From: Felis catus
Taxonomy: Eukaryota
NCBI RefSeq assembly: GCF_018350175.1
Contig: NC_058368.1
Location: forward strand, 116,994,001 to 117,058,000
DNA: 64,000 nucleotides
Reading direction: 5' to 3'
Under the pieces are notes generated by a model. It worked only from the letters and a program-made list of their open reading frames with translations. It did no database searches and was not told where the DNA came from. How positions within the stretch are numbered: the first letter of the stretch is position 1; each line of letters starts with the position of its first letter. The position numbers and the translations under genes are program-made. Positions 1 through 17,395 of this stretch are shown here, piece after piece.

Positions 1-1479
<1,479 letters not shown>

Positions 1480-2734
1480 AAATTCTTTTTTATATTTTCA
1501 CGCACTTTTAAGTGGTGTACAATCATATCAATATCAGTTTAGTTTTAAAATTCCTAGTTATTTTAAGCCTAATTTTAAGTACTATATATCTCTGATTTAC
1601 AATGTCATTTCATCCTTTTTTGCATTTAATCAATAGGTAGCTTTAATTAGCACCCATTTGTAAATAATAGTTTAAGGTTTAATCATTTCAAAATGTACAA
1701 GGATGTAGTTATTCTTACCTAGAAAATCGAAATTTGTCTTTTCCTTTTAGTATATTTCATAGACTAATCTCTGTCCTCATCGCCTTGTACTTCCTTCATG
1801 TCAGCAGACATCCCTCCACTTCTGATCTTCTCTAACATTCTGTTTAATCATGTGAAAAAAAATCATGTCATCTAGCATTTTAAAGATATTTCTCTCTTAC
1901 TCTGCTCGTGAGAAAATGAGAGAGATCATTTTGTGAGTGATATGGGACTACAGTCATATCTTGTAGTCATATTATTATTCCATTTCCTTTAAATACACTA
2001 CTCTTACTATTTTCTAGTGTTCACTTTTGCTGACATGTGTTAAAAAATAGGTCGTGTCTCTTAATGGCAACAAAATGTAATAACCTGCATGAAAATAAAT
2101 AAAAGCATTTTGAAAATTTGTGAAGAATATTTGTGGACTGTTGGAAAGGTACTCACTTTTCATTTCATTTTATAAATATATTTTAGTTGTTATGAAATTT
2201 TTAAATCACGATGAACTAAAAATCACAAAGAAAAACAATAAATTCTTCAATGTCTGGCCCCTCTTATGGAGTAGTTTCTCTAGAATTGATCATCTTTTGA
2301 AGTAATATGTATGGCACTATATCTTAACAGTTTTATACTTTAATCACTCCTTCATATGACAAAAGACGATTTCACTTCCTTACTTTCCAACTAATACACA
2401 TACAACATTGCATGTGCCCTTTCTCCTGTTCTCCCAATAGAGCTGTCATTTTTTTAGGTTAAACTAGTAGTTTTTATGTATATTGCAAAAATTACTTCAA
2501 AATACACATTAGTGTAATGATTACATTTCTTTTCTTGAAAAACTTAATTCCTAGAGTTGATCCTCGTTTTTACTTGCATCATTTTCTATTTACTCTTATT
2601 GATTTTTCACATTAAGTCTCATTTCAATAACAATAATTCTCTTAAATATTAAAAAATGCCAGATACCTATCAATTTATTTTAGATCTTTCACCCAGAACC
2701 TTTTGTATCTCTGATTCATTAACATTGGTTGTTC

Positions 2735-3745
2735 TTTTTTTTAATTTTTACTTTTTATTTAAATTCTGGTTAGTTAACATACAGAGTAAATATTAGTTTC
2801 AGATGTAAAATTTAGTGATTCAGTGTTTCCATCCAACACCCAGTGCTCATTGGTACAAGTGCCCTTCTTAATCCTCATCATTTATTTCACCCATCCCCCA
2901 CCCATCTCCCCTCTGGTAACCGTTGGTTTGTTCTCTATAGTTAAGAGTTTGTTTTTTGGTTTTTTTCTCCTATGATCGTTTGTTTTCTTAAATTCCACTT
3001 ACAAGTGAAATCATATGGTATTTGTCTTTCTCTGACTTATTTCGCTTAGCGTAATACTCTTTAGCTCCATCCATGTGGTTGCAAGTGACAAGATTCCACT
3101 CTTTTTATGGCTGAGTAATATTCCATTCCATATATACATACACACATACATCTTACTTTATCCATTCATCAGTCAGTGGACACTTGGGCTCTTTCCATAA
3201 TTAAGCTATTGTTGATAATGCTGCCATAAATATGAGAGTGCATGTATCCCTTCAAATTAGTATTTGTGTATNNNNNNNNNNNNNNNNNNNNNNNNNNNNN
3301 NNNNNNNNNNNNNNNNNNNNNNNNNNNNNNNNNNNNNNNNNNNNNNNNNNNNNNNNNNNNNNNNNNNNNNNNNNNNNNNNNNNNNNNNNNNNNNNNNNNN
3401 NNNNNNNNNNNNNNCTGTGTCTTCACCAACACCTGTTGTTTGTCTTGTTAATTTTAGCCATTCTGGCTGGTATGAGATGATATTTCACAGTACTTTTGAT
3501 TTATGTTTCCCCAATGATGAATGATGGTGAGCTTCTTTTCAGGTGTCTGTTGTCCATCTGAATGTCTTCTTTGGAAAAATGTCTATTCAGTCTTCTGCCC
3601 CTTTTTAAACTTTTTTTTTTTGGGGGGGGGGTTGAGTTGTATAAGTTCTTTATATATTTTGGATACTAACCCTTTATCAGATATGTCATTTGCAAATATC
3701 TTCTCCCATCACTTAGGTTGCCTTTTAGTTTTGTTAATTTTTTCC
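2735..3745 (-). mobile_element. L1 (carnivore-type) 3' fragment
   Basis: T-rich tail at left, acacccagtgctcat 3'UTR, ORF2 C-terminal remnants; N run at 3272-3414. Confidence 0.85.
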
Positions 3746-4996
3746 AATATTGGTTGTTCTAATGGCTGTCACCCTAGAACTTTTTCCTTTATTACTTTCT
3801 TGTGTTGGTCCCCTTTTACAAGATCCAATATATTCTTTTTTATTAGTGTATTCTTTACTTAACTAACACACATCTCTCACTAGTTTCATAAAAATGATTC
3901 AGAGGAGGTGAAAGTTTTTGACAATTTGCTTAGTAAAGCACTCTTGTTTTTCTTTTGAGTGGTACTTTGGGTGTAAAATTCTAAGTTGAAAATAATTTTC
4001 CCTCACATTTTGAAAGCAGTGTTCTTTTTACTGATTGCAATTAGAGTTCCTGTTCAGAATACTGAGTCCCTTCTAATTCTGACCTCTTTTAATGTCACCC
4101 CTAGTTTTTCATTCTGGAAGAATCGGAAACTTTTTCTTCATATTCTGAAAATACTCTATTATCACTTATCTATTTATCTGGTCACAGGGGTGTACTCTAT
4201 TAACATTTAAACTCTCACTTCCAGTTCTGAGAAATTTTCTTGTTATGCTTTTGATAATAAGTTCTCCCTTGAATTTTCTACATTCTCACTTTATCCAGAA
4301 TTTCATTAGTTAAATATTGGATCTTCTAGATTGATACACTAAGACACTAAATTTTTTCCTTATTTTCTCTGTCTGTTGCTCTACTTTTTTGGACAATTTA
4401 TTTTATAATCCAACCTTTATATTTAAGTTTTTCTTTTTGGCTGACTATATTTTTAATAGCTCTTTTGGTTCTCTGAGTGTTTTGCATAGGATCCTTTTGT
4501 AGATATGTAAATGTATTATCTTCTCTCATCTATAATTAATTTATTCTTTTAAAATACATTATACACAAAATGCATTATGCAGTAGAAACCGTTACATCCA
4601 TTATTAAAATGAGAGTGAGTTACAGGGAAGTTAAGAACTTATCCAAGGTTATATAGTTAGTAAGGGGGACTTAAGCCATAATCTATTCTCAATCTTATAG
4701 TAAGAACACATACTTCATGAAGTTACTGTTAATATTAAATGAATAAAAGCATATGTGTCACTTAGAACAATGGATATCACAGAGCAAATTTTCAGTAAGT
4801 GTTAGCTCTTATGAGATTTTACTACTCTGGGGATATTAGACATTTTTAAAGACTTTCTTCTGTTTTCTCTATTATGTCTATTTCCTCTTGTTTTTGTTTT
4901 TGTTTTTGTTTTACCTTGCTATGTCATGTCATAGGTATTTCTTCAAATTTCTTGTGGTCCTGGGCTATCTTTTCATTATTAAGAATGATATTCTCA

Positions 4997-5207
4997 GGGG
5001 CGCCTGGGTGGCTCAGTAGGTTGATCATCGAACTCTTCTTGATTTTGGCTCAGGTCATGATCTCACATGGTTCATGAGTTCAAGCCTCCCATCAGGCTCT
5101 GTGCTGACAGTGTGGAACCTGCTTGGGATTCTCTTTCTCCCCTCTCTCTTTGTCCCTACCCCATTTGTGCTCTTTCTATCTCAAAATAAATAAATAAACT
5201 TTAAAGA
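4997..5207 (+). mobile_element. Can-SINE (tRNA-derived)
   Basis: ggggcgcctgggtggctcag head, (CT)n linker, aaataaataaa tail. Confidence 0.9.
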
Positions 5208-5339
5208 AGGATGATGCTCTCATATTTAAGAGTGATGAGAGGGGCTCCTGTGTCACTCAGATGGCTTAGCCTCTGACTCTCAATTTCGGCTTAGGTCATG
5301 ATCTCACGGTTGTGGGACTGAGCCCATCCCAGCATCAGT

Positions 5340-5431
5340 GAAAGAGAGAAAGAGAGACAGAGACAGAGAGACAGAGGAAGGAAGGAAGGAAGGAAGGAAG
5401 GAAGGAAGGAAGGAAGGAAGGAAGGAAGGAA
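5340..5431 (+). repeat. (AGAC)n/(GGAA)n microsatellite following a SINE fragment
   Basis: Directly visible tandem units. Confidence 0.95.
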
Positions 5432-5580
5432 GTTTGGATGGAAGGACGAAGAGATACCATCCTGTCAGCTCTTTGCGAGTGCGTGAGGCCTGTTGATGGT
5501 AGGACTTCACTCTAATGTAACCATGCTAGGATAAGACTATTATCTTGGGAGACCCTTCCGAATATTAGTATGTGTAAATG

Positions 5581-5697
5581 TTTTTTTATAAGATTTTTTT
5601 AATTTTTAAGTAATCTCCACATCTCATGTGGGACTTGAACTCACAACCCAGAGACCAAGAGTTGTATGCTTTACTGACTGAGCCAGCTAGGCGCCCC
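5581..5697 (-). mobile_element. Short old Can-SINE
   Basis: Ends gactgagccagctaggcgcccc; T-rich tail at left. Confidence 0.8.
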
Positions 5698-6319
5698 ATT
5701 ATGTGTAAATCTTTATCTAAGCTTTTCATATTCTCCAGGTTAGAATTCTACAATATCTGCTGTGTGAAGGAAAGTTAGACAGGAGATCAGTATATACCCT
5801 GTGTTCTACAATTGGAGAGTATTGCATGATAAGGGTGATCTGGAAATTTCATCATTCAGGATGCAAAGTTTTGCTTCACCTCTCTATTTTTAGTTTCACG
5901 CTTCAACTTTTACTCAGCTTTGCCTAAGGTCTCCAAAACTAGGGGTCATCCCATTTAATTTCTCCAAAGAAGTAACTTCCCATTCTCTGCTTCTGAGATA
6001 CTTTCCTGTCTATATAGGCTGATGAAATGGTTAGACTATCCAACTTTCCTTTTTAGTTCTCAACTGACTTCAGCTTTCTTACACATGGTTCCTCTAAATC
6101 TTGTACCTAAATGGAATACTGTAGGACAAACCCACTAGTTTTGTATGAACATTTCCAATGCAGGCACTTTACATGTTTCTTAGAACTGCTAACTCAATTG
6201 CTCTTCTTTCGGCTTTCTGTCATCAAAATTTTGGGTGTCCACTTGTGCATTCTTAGTCTTTATGTGTTCATACCACTTTTCCTCTTTTCTGTCATTTTAG
6301 TTAGTATTTTATGGGTTTT

Positions 6320-6468
6320 GTGTTTATTTATTTTTGAAAGAGAGTACAATTGGGGAAGGGGCAGAGGGAGGGACAGGATCTGAAGCAGGCTCTACACCGA
6401 CAGCAGAGATTTGAGGCTCATACTCACAGAAATAGGATGCTCAACTGACTGAGCCACCCAGGAGCCCC
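6320..6468 (-). mobile_element. Degenerate Can-SINE
   Basis: tttatttatttttga...gactgagccacccaggagcccc. Confidence 0.8.
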
Positions 6469-7574
6469 TTAGTGAGTATTTTTAAAGGAGGGAGAATAAC
6501 TAAGAGTAGTCAACCCACCTACTTTTCTATTTCTACCCTTGTAGTGGTCAATTTTTCAATAACGTATCTATCTTACATTTTTTAAATGTAATTTGAACTT
6601 AACATTTTTAGATGCAAATTTTTTTAGATCCCTCCTTAATCCATTTTTGAGAGCATTTTTGAGATCATTGAATTTATAGCATCTATTCCAAACAATTTCC
6701 CTCCTTATGTAGCAACCTTTCACTTTGGCTAGGACTCAGACCACCCAAAGCTTCTGAGGTGGTCCCAGACAGTTAAAGCAAGGCCAAAGATGGGTCTTCA
6801 GATTCTGAGACTAAAATCTCCACGTTATAATTCTCTGCCTCATGAAATAATGATTGCTTCAATAGCAGGTATACGACCTTAATTAGTCTAATCAGAGTAA
6901 AACTAAGTTTTGCTCTATGACTGGGAATGGGAATCTCTTGTGGGGCGGAAAATGAAAGCAGGTGACCATAGTTGTAGGTGGAATAAATCTTGTGAACCTA
7001 AGGGAAGGTGGCTTTAGGAGTAAGCCTGCTTTAAACAAAACTAGCATGTTTGTGTGCTTATTAAATACTTTGGTAAATTATGAGAAGCTGGAACTAAATT
7101 ATGACTTTACATAATGCGTTCCACCCCAATATTTTACTTCATTTTCTCCCAGTTCACAGTTCACTGCTGTTAAGGAAATCTACAGAGATGCCTTCTTGTA
7201 CTATAATAACTATCTATTTGTGTTCCATCTTACAGTTTATCCAATTTCATATCCTCTGAGAAGACTCTCAAAGTGACTCATGTATACTTTCCCTTTGCAT
7301 TACACCCGAAAGAAGGCCAAGTAATGATGCAATCTTCTTGCAGGTTTTCCGTCCTCTCAGAAATACTACAAACTTCTGGGGGCCAGGAATCACATCTTGT
7401 TTTTAAAACAATACTAACAACATCAGAAACTGTAAAGAGTATAAAACAATTCTTATGGAAGATAGAATATATTTTTAATCACTACACACAATGAGTAAAA
7501 CAACATTTGTTTCTAAAGGGACATTTATATTAGTGGAATTTAGGTAGCTTTCATCTAACTGAAAATCTGTGGAG

Positions 7575-7598
7575 ACGCATGGTGGCGCTGCAGGATAA
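7575..7598 (+). promoter_or_regulatory. Pcdh conserved sequence element (CSE; CTCF site)
   Basis: acgcatggtggCGCTgcaggataa; CGCT lies 250 bp upstream of ATG 7836. The same motif precedes every complete gene. Confidence 0.92.
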
Positions 7599-10229
<2,631 letters not shown>

Positions 10230-10378
10230 TGACATAAGTAGCTTTTATATTCCACATATGACACTTTTTGTTGCCCCTTCCAAATCAATGCTATTTCCCC
10301 TAGTTTGTGTGTATTTTAAATTGTATTCAGTGTACATTTATACTGTCACAAATTCTACCCATTTTTACTTTTAAAAAA

Positions 10379-10603
10379 TTTTTTTCAACGTTTTTTTTTT
10401 TTATTTATTTTTGGGACAGAGAGAGACAGAGCATGAACGGGGGAGGGGCAGAGAGAGAGGGAGACACAGAATCGGAAACAGGAAACAGGCTCCAGGCTCC
10501 GAGCCATCAGCCCGGAGCCTGACGCGGGGCTCGAACTCACGGACCGCGAGATGTTGACCTGGCTGAAGTCGGACGCTTAACCGACTGCGCCACCCAGGCG
10601 CCC
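10379..10603 (-). mobile_element. Young felid-type SINE (SINEC_Fc-like)
   Basis: CpG-rich and close to the copies at 11739 and 49262; ends ccgactgcgccacccaggcgccc. Confidence 0.92.
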
Positions 10604-11246
10604 AATAAGAGAATGTTTATCTTTGTGATTGTAATGAGATGGTAATTTATTTTGTAATCCAAGGCGTCTTAATGTGTAATGAGTTTGCGTCCTTAGGTTA
10701 TAACCAAATCACTTTTTGTCCATGACCCTCTCTCCAGTTGAATTTTGAACTTTCACCCACAATTATGCTTATGGTAAAATAAAGCAGACCATTTTCAGAG
10801 TATTTCAAGTGTGCAAGTATTTCTTCATTCTTTCTTGCATTTTTTTCTTGCGGTGTAGTAATGGTTACTATTCAGAAATGTAATTTTTGTTTCCTTAAAT
10901 TCACTGCATTTATATTAACATTTAAAAATGTTTATTGTTGTTTAAAATACATCTGAAAAATCATGTCCTTAATAGAATTGTAAGTGTAATCACCTTGTTA
11001 GAAAGGGCCAGAGCCAAATTTTTAGCATCTCTTCTTCATGCATCCTGGAGAGTGATTGTGAAAGCATATCAATATTGTGGCTACCCAGAGAGTCTTGGAA
11101 TATGAAGTTATAATTTTCCAGATTTCTTGTTGATATTACAAAGCTATGATACAATCCACTTGAATCCATCTGAATAATTATTTGTATAGCATAAAGTGGA
11201 CTGTGTGCTAATATTTATAATTTTTGCTTTCTGTATCCTCCCAGAA

Positions 11247-11247
<1 letters not shown>

Positions 11248-11286
<39 letters not shown>
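11248..11286 (+). repeat. (CA)n microsatellite
   Basis: About 19 perfect CA units. Confidence 0.97.
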
Positions 11287-11288
<2 letters not shown>

Positions 11289-11299
11289 GGCACCAATTT

Positions 11300-11418
11300 C
11301 TTTTTTTTTTTTTAATTCATTTTTAAGTCCTCTCTACACCTAACGTGGGGCTTGAACTCATGACTCAAGATGAAGAGTTGCACACTTTACCGACTGAGCC
11401 AGCCAGTGCTCCTGGGTA
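11300..11418 (-). mobile_element. Short old Can-SINE
   Basis: Poly-T, then gtggggcttgaactc...cgactgagccagccag. Confidence 0.75.
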
Positions 11419-11738
11419 CTAATTTCTAAACGTAAAATGACAGCCAACAGAAAAGTTATGTTGTATATATTATGTAATATACAAACATAATAGAAAGAAA
11501 TGTTTTGTAAATAATTATTAGATTTTTTATGAAGTCTGAAATTGCCCATATTATTCCATTCTCATTAATTTTCAAGCATGGTTATGATCCACTAAAGTGA
11601 TTTCATGACCCTACTAATAATGGACTGTAATCCAAAGTGTGAAAACCACTTTTCTCAGAGATATATGTAAGTATTTGGAGAGCATTGAGAAATATCAAAC
11701 GATAATCCTTTAAGGTTCTAATTCAAAACATTTTTTTT

Positions 11739-11953
11739 ATTAAATTTTTTTAACGTTTATTTATTTTTGGGACAGAGAGAGACAGAGCATGAATGGGGGA
11801 GGGGCAGAGAGAGAGGGAGACACAGAATCGGAAACAGGCTCCAGGCTCCAAGCCATCAGCCCGGAGCCTGACGCGGGGCTCGAACTCACGGACCGCGAGA
11901 TCGTGACCTGGCTGAAGTCGGACGCTTAACCGACTGCGCCACCCAGGGGCCCC
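11739..11953 (-). mobile_element. Young felid-type SINE with TSD
   Basis: TSD tcaaaacatttttttt at 11723 and 11954. Confidence 0.93.
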
Positions 11954-12656
11954 TCAAAACATTTTTTTTTTTCTCGAACACATTGTAAGAGAAAGTTTTG
12001 TCTAATGCAGCACAGGTACCAACAAACTACTCTTGGCTTTAGTAATGTGACTACATTACAGAAGAGAAAGCTTTCATTGTTGGGGCAAGAGTTTGCCAGT
12101 GAATCTCATCAATAAGCCCAAAGTCTATACATTGTGGAAGGAACGTGTAGAGCAACAAAATGAGTGAGGCTATCGAGGAAAGGAAGTGTGTGAGAGAGAG
12201 AGAGAGTAGGCACAGAAAGGGTGAAATGGGTGAGGGTGAGGAAAATGATTGTTCTGTTACCTCTAGTACCTCTAGAATCAGTGCCAGAAACTGCCTCTTT
12301 AATAAATTTAAAAACTTTATCTTATCAATTAGCAGAGCTAGGTATTAGTTAATGTCGGGAAGCAGAATCTCTTGCTCTAGCATATCCAAAATAATGTTCA
12401 CACTTTCTGAAAGCTACAATTTCACTACCAGTTCTTCTGAACTGCATGAACTGATTCATAATGCTTTGAATTCAAGACAAATGGAGGGAACAGAAGTTTC
12501 TTCTGCAGGCTAATTAAATTCTAATTTCCTATTTTTAGAAGTGGAACTAGGAGCAAGTTCTTTCCTCCCCTAAATGAAAGCTGCTTTACATAGAGAATAA
12601 AGATTCATAAAAAAATTTATAAATCAAAGTAAAGTATTAAGATTACCTCCTCTCTT

Positions 12657-12840
12657 GGGGTACCTGGGTGGCTCAGTTGGTTAAGTGTCTGACTTTAGCT
12701 CAAGTCGTGATCTCATTGTTTTTGAGCCCCACATTGGGCTCTGTGCTGACAACATGGAACCTGCTTGGGATTCTCTCTCCTTCTCTCTCTTCCTCTCCCC
12801 AAATTGTGCCTTCTCTCGTAAATAAATAAACTTTAAAAAT
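12657..12840 (+). mobile_element. Can-SINE
   Basis: ggggtacctgggtggctcag head, aaataaataaa tail. Confidence 0.88.
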
Positions 12841-12841
12841 A

Positions 12842-13110
12842 TCCTATATTGTATGATCCCATTCATATGATATGTTATGAACAGGCAAATCTATAGGGAC
12901 AGAAAGCAGATTAGTGGTTGCCTACAGCTGGAGGGAGGGTATAGGATGGAGAATGGCTAAAGGGTAACAGGTTTCTTTTTAGGGCAAGGTGTTCTGAGAT
13001 TAGACTGTGGTGATAATTGCACAACTCTGGAAATATACTAAAAACCATTGCACTGTACACTTTAAATGGGAAAACTCTCTGGTATGTAAGTGATATGTCA
13101 ATAATGCTAT
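12842..13110 (+). mobile_element. Old L1M 3' end
   Basis: tgtatgatcccatt...ggcaaatctatag.gacagaaagcagattagtggttgcc, typical of the L1MB/ME 3'UTR. Confidence 0.75.
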
Positions 13111-13218
13111 TAATAGCAGTGGTGAGAGTGGTTCTAGCAGCCTGTGTCCCAAGTTAGATGGGCCTTCTGTCATCTATAATATGGGAGGGGGAAAGTGCAG
13201 TTCAAATAGCTCAGGCAC

Positions 13219-13435
13219 GGGTCGCTTGGGTGGCTCAGTCGGTTAAGTGTCTGACTTAGGCTCAGGTCATGATCTCACAGTTCACGGGTTTGAGCCCCAC
13301 CTCAGACCCTGTGCCGAATGTTTGTTCAGAGCCTGAAGCCTGCTTCAGATTCTGTGTCTCCTCTCTCTGCCCCTCCTCTGCTCATGCTCTGTCTCATTCT
13401 TTCTCTCAAAAATAAATAAATGTAAATTAAAAAAT
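13219..13435 (+). mobile_element. Can-SINE with 17-bp TSD
   Basis: TSD ttcaaatagctcaggca at 13201 and 13436. Confidence 0.92.
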
Positions 13436-13999
13436 TTCAAATAGCTCAGGCAGAAAATCTAATGTGTTGCAAGAGCAGAAAAAAAGACTAGGTTTTCTTG
13501 CTTCAAGTTTTTCCAGAAATCTGAACAGGAGGACTTGGGACTTGTGTATTTATAAAAAGAACTATGTGTTTCCTGACTCTAACGGAGAGTGGCCAGGCCT
13601 TCAGGAGCTCAGATGCCCAGATAAAAGCAACCAACCAATTCTCTTCAAAGGTATAACTAAAAACAAATTTTGTTCTTATGCATCAAATAACTCATTTATA
13701 GTTAAATTTAAGCCAATGCATAGAATTCAAACTGCATCAGCCAATTTTATATCAAAGGACTATACATTGTCCACTGGGGAAAAGGTCATTTACAAAACAG
13801 AGATGTGAGAGATGGCCCAGCCTCCCAGAGATGATTTCCCTGAAAATCCTTACCAATAAAAATCAAGTAAAAATGTATGTTGGGATTCACTATGAGAAAG
13901 GATATAAAGACATTTTAGCTTACAAACACTTTGTTCTGCTCATCTCCTTTCTACCTCAAGTCCTGCTACCACTCCCAGGTCCACTGGTTAATCTAACAA

Positions 14000-16350
14000 C
14001 ATGGCTTTTCAATCCCTAGATAGTCACCTCTCCTCTGGCTCAATCCTTATGCCCTGGCCATGTGCTGTACTTTTCCACCACCCCAAATTGGTTCTTTATA
14101 TGAAATAAAAATTTCAGATATCTCTCTGAGAATATAATTCACTATGTCTTTAACCCTCTCATTCTGCTATTCCTGTCACATCTTGTCTTTACCTTATTAG
14201 AATCTTTATTCCATGATGCTTTTACTATATATTAACTCCCTTCATGTTCTAATTTCTCTCCTGTTCAGCTGATTCCCTGGTCTACCACTTCTAATCATCC
14301 TCATGCCCATATTCTCTATTCCCTTGTTCACTTTTCCTTCACAAAAACCACCTGATGAAAATCCACTCCAGATGAATATAATTGTCTCCTTCCTCTTCTG
14401 TCACGTCAGGGATGCTGCACTCCCTAAGTGGAAAGTTAGAGAATTATCACTACTATCACACTAATTTTATCACATCTAAACTTAATTGGGCTTTCAAGAC
14501 CAAGAAATCATTTTATATTTTCCTAATCAGTTTTCTCTTCTATTCTTGATAACAACTACTTCAAACCTAGTTATCTTACTTTAAATTTCTCACTCTACTA
14601 CTTACTTACCCACCTCTTTCAGCAGATAACTTGCTTAATACCTTATCAAGAAAATAGAATCTATCAGATAGGAATTCTCTTAAATTTCTGGCCCCAAACC
14701 TACATACTGGATAGCATCGGTACTTATAATGACTTTCTACCCAAGTCCAATCCCTTCATTTGTTTTCTGGATCCTATCTTTAACCACCTTCTAGGGGCTT
14801 CACTTTAAGTCTTCTCTTTTCTCCCTCTCTATTGAATACTACAAATCAGCATTTTAAATAAGTTCAGACTTCCCTAGGTTTAAAAAAAAACCCTACTGAG
14901 TCTCAAGACTCCTCCAGAGACTATCAATTTTTTTCTTTGGAGCTAAATTTGAAAGGATTGTCATCTTTACTTCCTTATCCTTCTCTCTTTTCAACCAAGT
15001 GCAATCTGATTTTCATTGTGACCATTCTAAACCGCTACTGTAAAAGTGATTGAAGATTTCTGTACAAGTTAGATAAGGTTATATTGCTGAACAAAGCAGT
15101 ACAATTACATAGTGGCTTGTAAAAGTGTGTATCTCCTTAAAACAGTTCAAGTGTAAATGACTAGGTATACGAGGCAGCTTTGCTCATTACAGTCCTTTGT
15201 TCCAAGTAATTGCTCCTACATTTCCTACTGCAATGTCATAATCTGCATGACTGTAGCTGAGTCACTGCCACATCTAGGTTCTAGTTGGCTGGGAGGGAGG
15301 AAACACATCCAGGTGTCTTCTATTCTAGACCTAGGAGTGGCAAACAAAAATTCTATTCACAATGTTAGTGAGAACTTAATTCAATTGGCCATGCCTAACT
15401 ACAAGGGAGACTGGGACTGGCAACTATGAATAGCCAATGTGCCTGGGTACAGGGAACAGGTTCCCTGTTCTATAAAGGGAACAGGTTTTGGCAGACATCT
15501 ATTAGAATCCTCCACAATGACCATCTTCTTAATCCAAGGAATCATTTCAACATTCATTTTTCTTGAGTTTACTGAAGCATTTGCTACCATTGATCTTCCT
15601 CATATCCTTGAAATGCTATTTGCTTTTGGTTTCATGATTCTCAACTCTGAGCTGTCTTTGTCTTTTAAAAGATACTTTATTTCCCCTCTCCTCTAATGAA
15701 GGTGTTTTTTTTTTTTCAGACTTTTGCCTCTTCTGTTGTTAGCTGACATACTTTTGCTTGATTATCTTAGAATACTCATGGTTTCAATCACCATATACAT
15801 GCTGGTGAAACCCAAAGTCCATATCTACGCCAGTTTATATTCTATATATAATTACATACAGCTCCACATAGGGACATGCATGTGCGAACACTTACACATA
15901 TCTCCCAAAGGCATTCATGTTAGTATCAGCATGTACAAAATTGACTTCAGCTTTTTCCACTTCAGTCTTTTTTGTTCTTCAGTGTTCTCTGTCTTAGGGA
16001 ATGACACAACTAACCATCCAGTTGCCAAGTCCAGAAGTGTGTTAATCATCCTTGATTCTTTCCTTTTTTTTCTCCACATGCAACCTATATCAGTGACCAG
16101 ATCCTAAGTATCTTTTTAAGCATCCCTCTTCTCTCCATCCACACCAGCATTACTTTTAAACAGGCTGCCACCATCTCCTAACTGGTGTCTCTGATTCCAG
16201 TCATTCCTCCTGAAATTGATTCTCTATACTTCCTTCAAACTGATTTTTCAAAAATGCAGACGCAATCATGTTAATCAAATGTTTAAAACTCTACATTGTG
16301 TTATAATTTTCCATAGGATAAAATTTTAAATTCATGCTATATCCTATATA
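14000..16350 (+). mobile_element. Ancient L2-like fragments (approximate limits)
   Basis: C/T-rich decayed sequence with L2-like motifs (gcatttgctaccattgatc; ccatccagttgccaagtccaga). Confidence 0.55.
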
Positions 16351-16406
16351 ATAACTTGTGTCCTCACCCCACTCCCCCCACCCCCGCCAGTCTCCCTTTT
16401 TTTTTT

Positions 16407-16691
16407 AAACAACAAACATTTATTTCTCACAGTTATGGAGGCTGGGAAGTCCAAGGTCAGGGTGTAAGCAGATTCTATGTCTGGTGAGTCCACTTCCTAG
16501 TGGTTCTCTTCTTGCTGTGTCCTCACAAGGGAGCTCTCTAGGATCTCTTTTATAAGGTCACTAATCCCACCCATGAGAGCTCCAACCTAATGACCAAATC
16601 ACCTCCCAATGGCCTTACCTCTCCAAATAACATCATACTGGGGATTAGGTTTAAACATGTGAATTTGGGGGAACAAAAACATTTAGTATCA
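16407..16691 (-). mobile_element. MaLR LTR (MLT1A/MST-like), truncated at its own polyadenylation site
   Basis: Minus strand begins tgatactaaatgtttttgttcccccaaattc; AATAAA at 16424-16419 is followed by an A10 tract. Confidence 0.8.
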
Positions 16692-16699
16692 GTTTCCTT

Positions 16700-16818
16700 T
16701 ATATTTTAAATATAATTTATTATCAAGCTAACAAACAGTGTATACAGTGTGCTCTTGGTTTGCGGGGGTTGGGGGGTAGATTCCCATTATTCATCGCTTA
16801 CATACAACACCCAGTGCT
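16700..16818 (-). mobile_element. Short carnivore L1 3' end
   Basis: Matches the L1 3' end at ~52015-52130 (cagtgtatac.gtgtgctcttggtt...ttcatcgcttacataca). Confidence 0.85.
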
Positions 16819-17009
16819 CCCCCCAGTCTCATTTTTAAATTATCCCCTTCTATGGTTTAAAGTTCAAGGCATATTTAACTTCTTTCTGTTCTTCAAAAGG
16901 TCTGCCGGAAACACTCCTTCTCCTGGCTAGCTCCTTCAGATCACAACTTATAGTTTACTACCTTAGGAAAGCTTTCACTGATGTTCAAAAATCTGGGCTA
17001 GATTTTATT

Positions 17010-17240
17010 TTTTAGTAGGTACTTAACTAGCACTTACTAGCAATTTTGTAAATATTAATTCATTTGATTCCTACTATAATAATCCTAGGAGGTAAATACC
17101 ATTATCACCCCTATTTTACAGGTAAGGAAACAGAGGTACATTACTTGTCTAAGACTGAAGATATTGAATGGTAGAAGTAGGATTCAAATGTAAATATTTT
17201 GGTTCCAGAATCCATGTTCATATGCTATGCTGCCTCCTAA
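17010..17240 (-). mobile_element. MIR-like SINE
   Basis: Core attatcacccctattttacaggtaaggaaacagagg. Confidence 0.7.
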
Positions 17241-17395
17241 GTACGAGATGGCCCTTCTAGGTATTTCTCTATTACTCTTTACCTATGAATACATTGTGAA
17301 ATATTTTAATAATGTGTCTGCCAAATTTTCAGCCAGTGAACTCCATAAAGACAAGGACTAAATCTATTTTATTTATTCCACATTCTTACATGTAA

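Noticed and set aside
4997-5090. tRNA-like A/B-box sequences
   Set aside because: They are heads of tRNA-derived Can-SINEs followed by (CT)n and A-tails, not tRNA genes.
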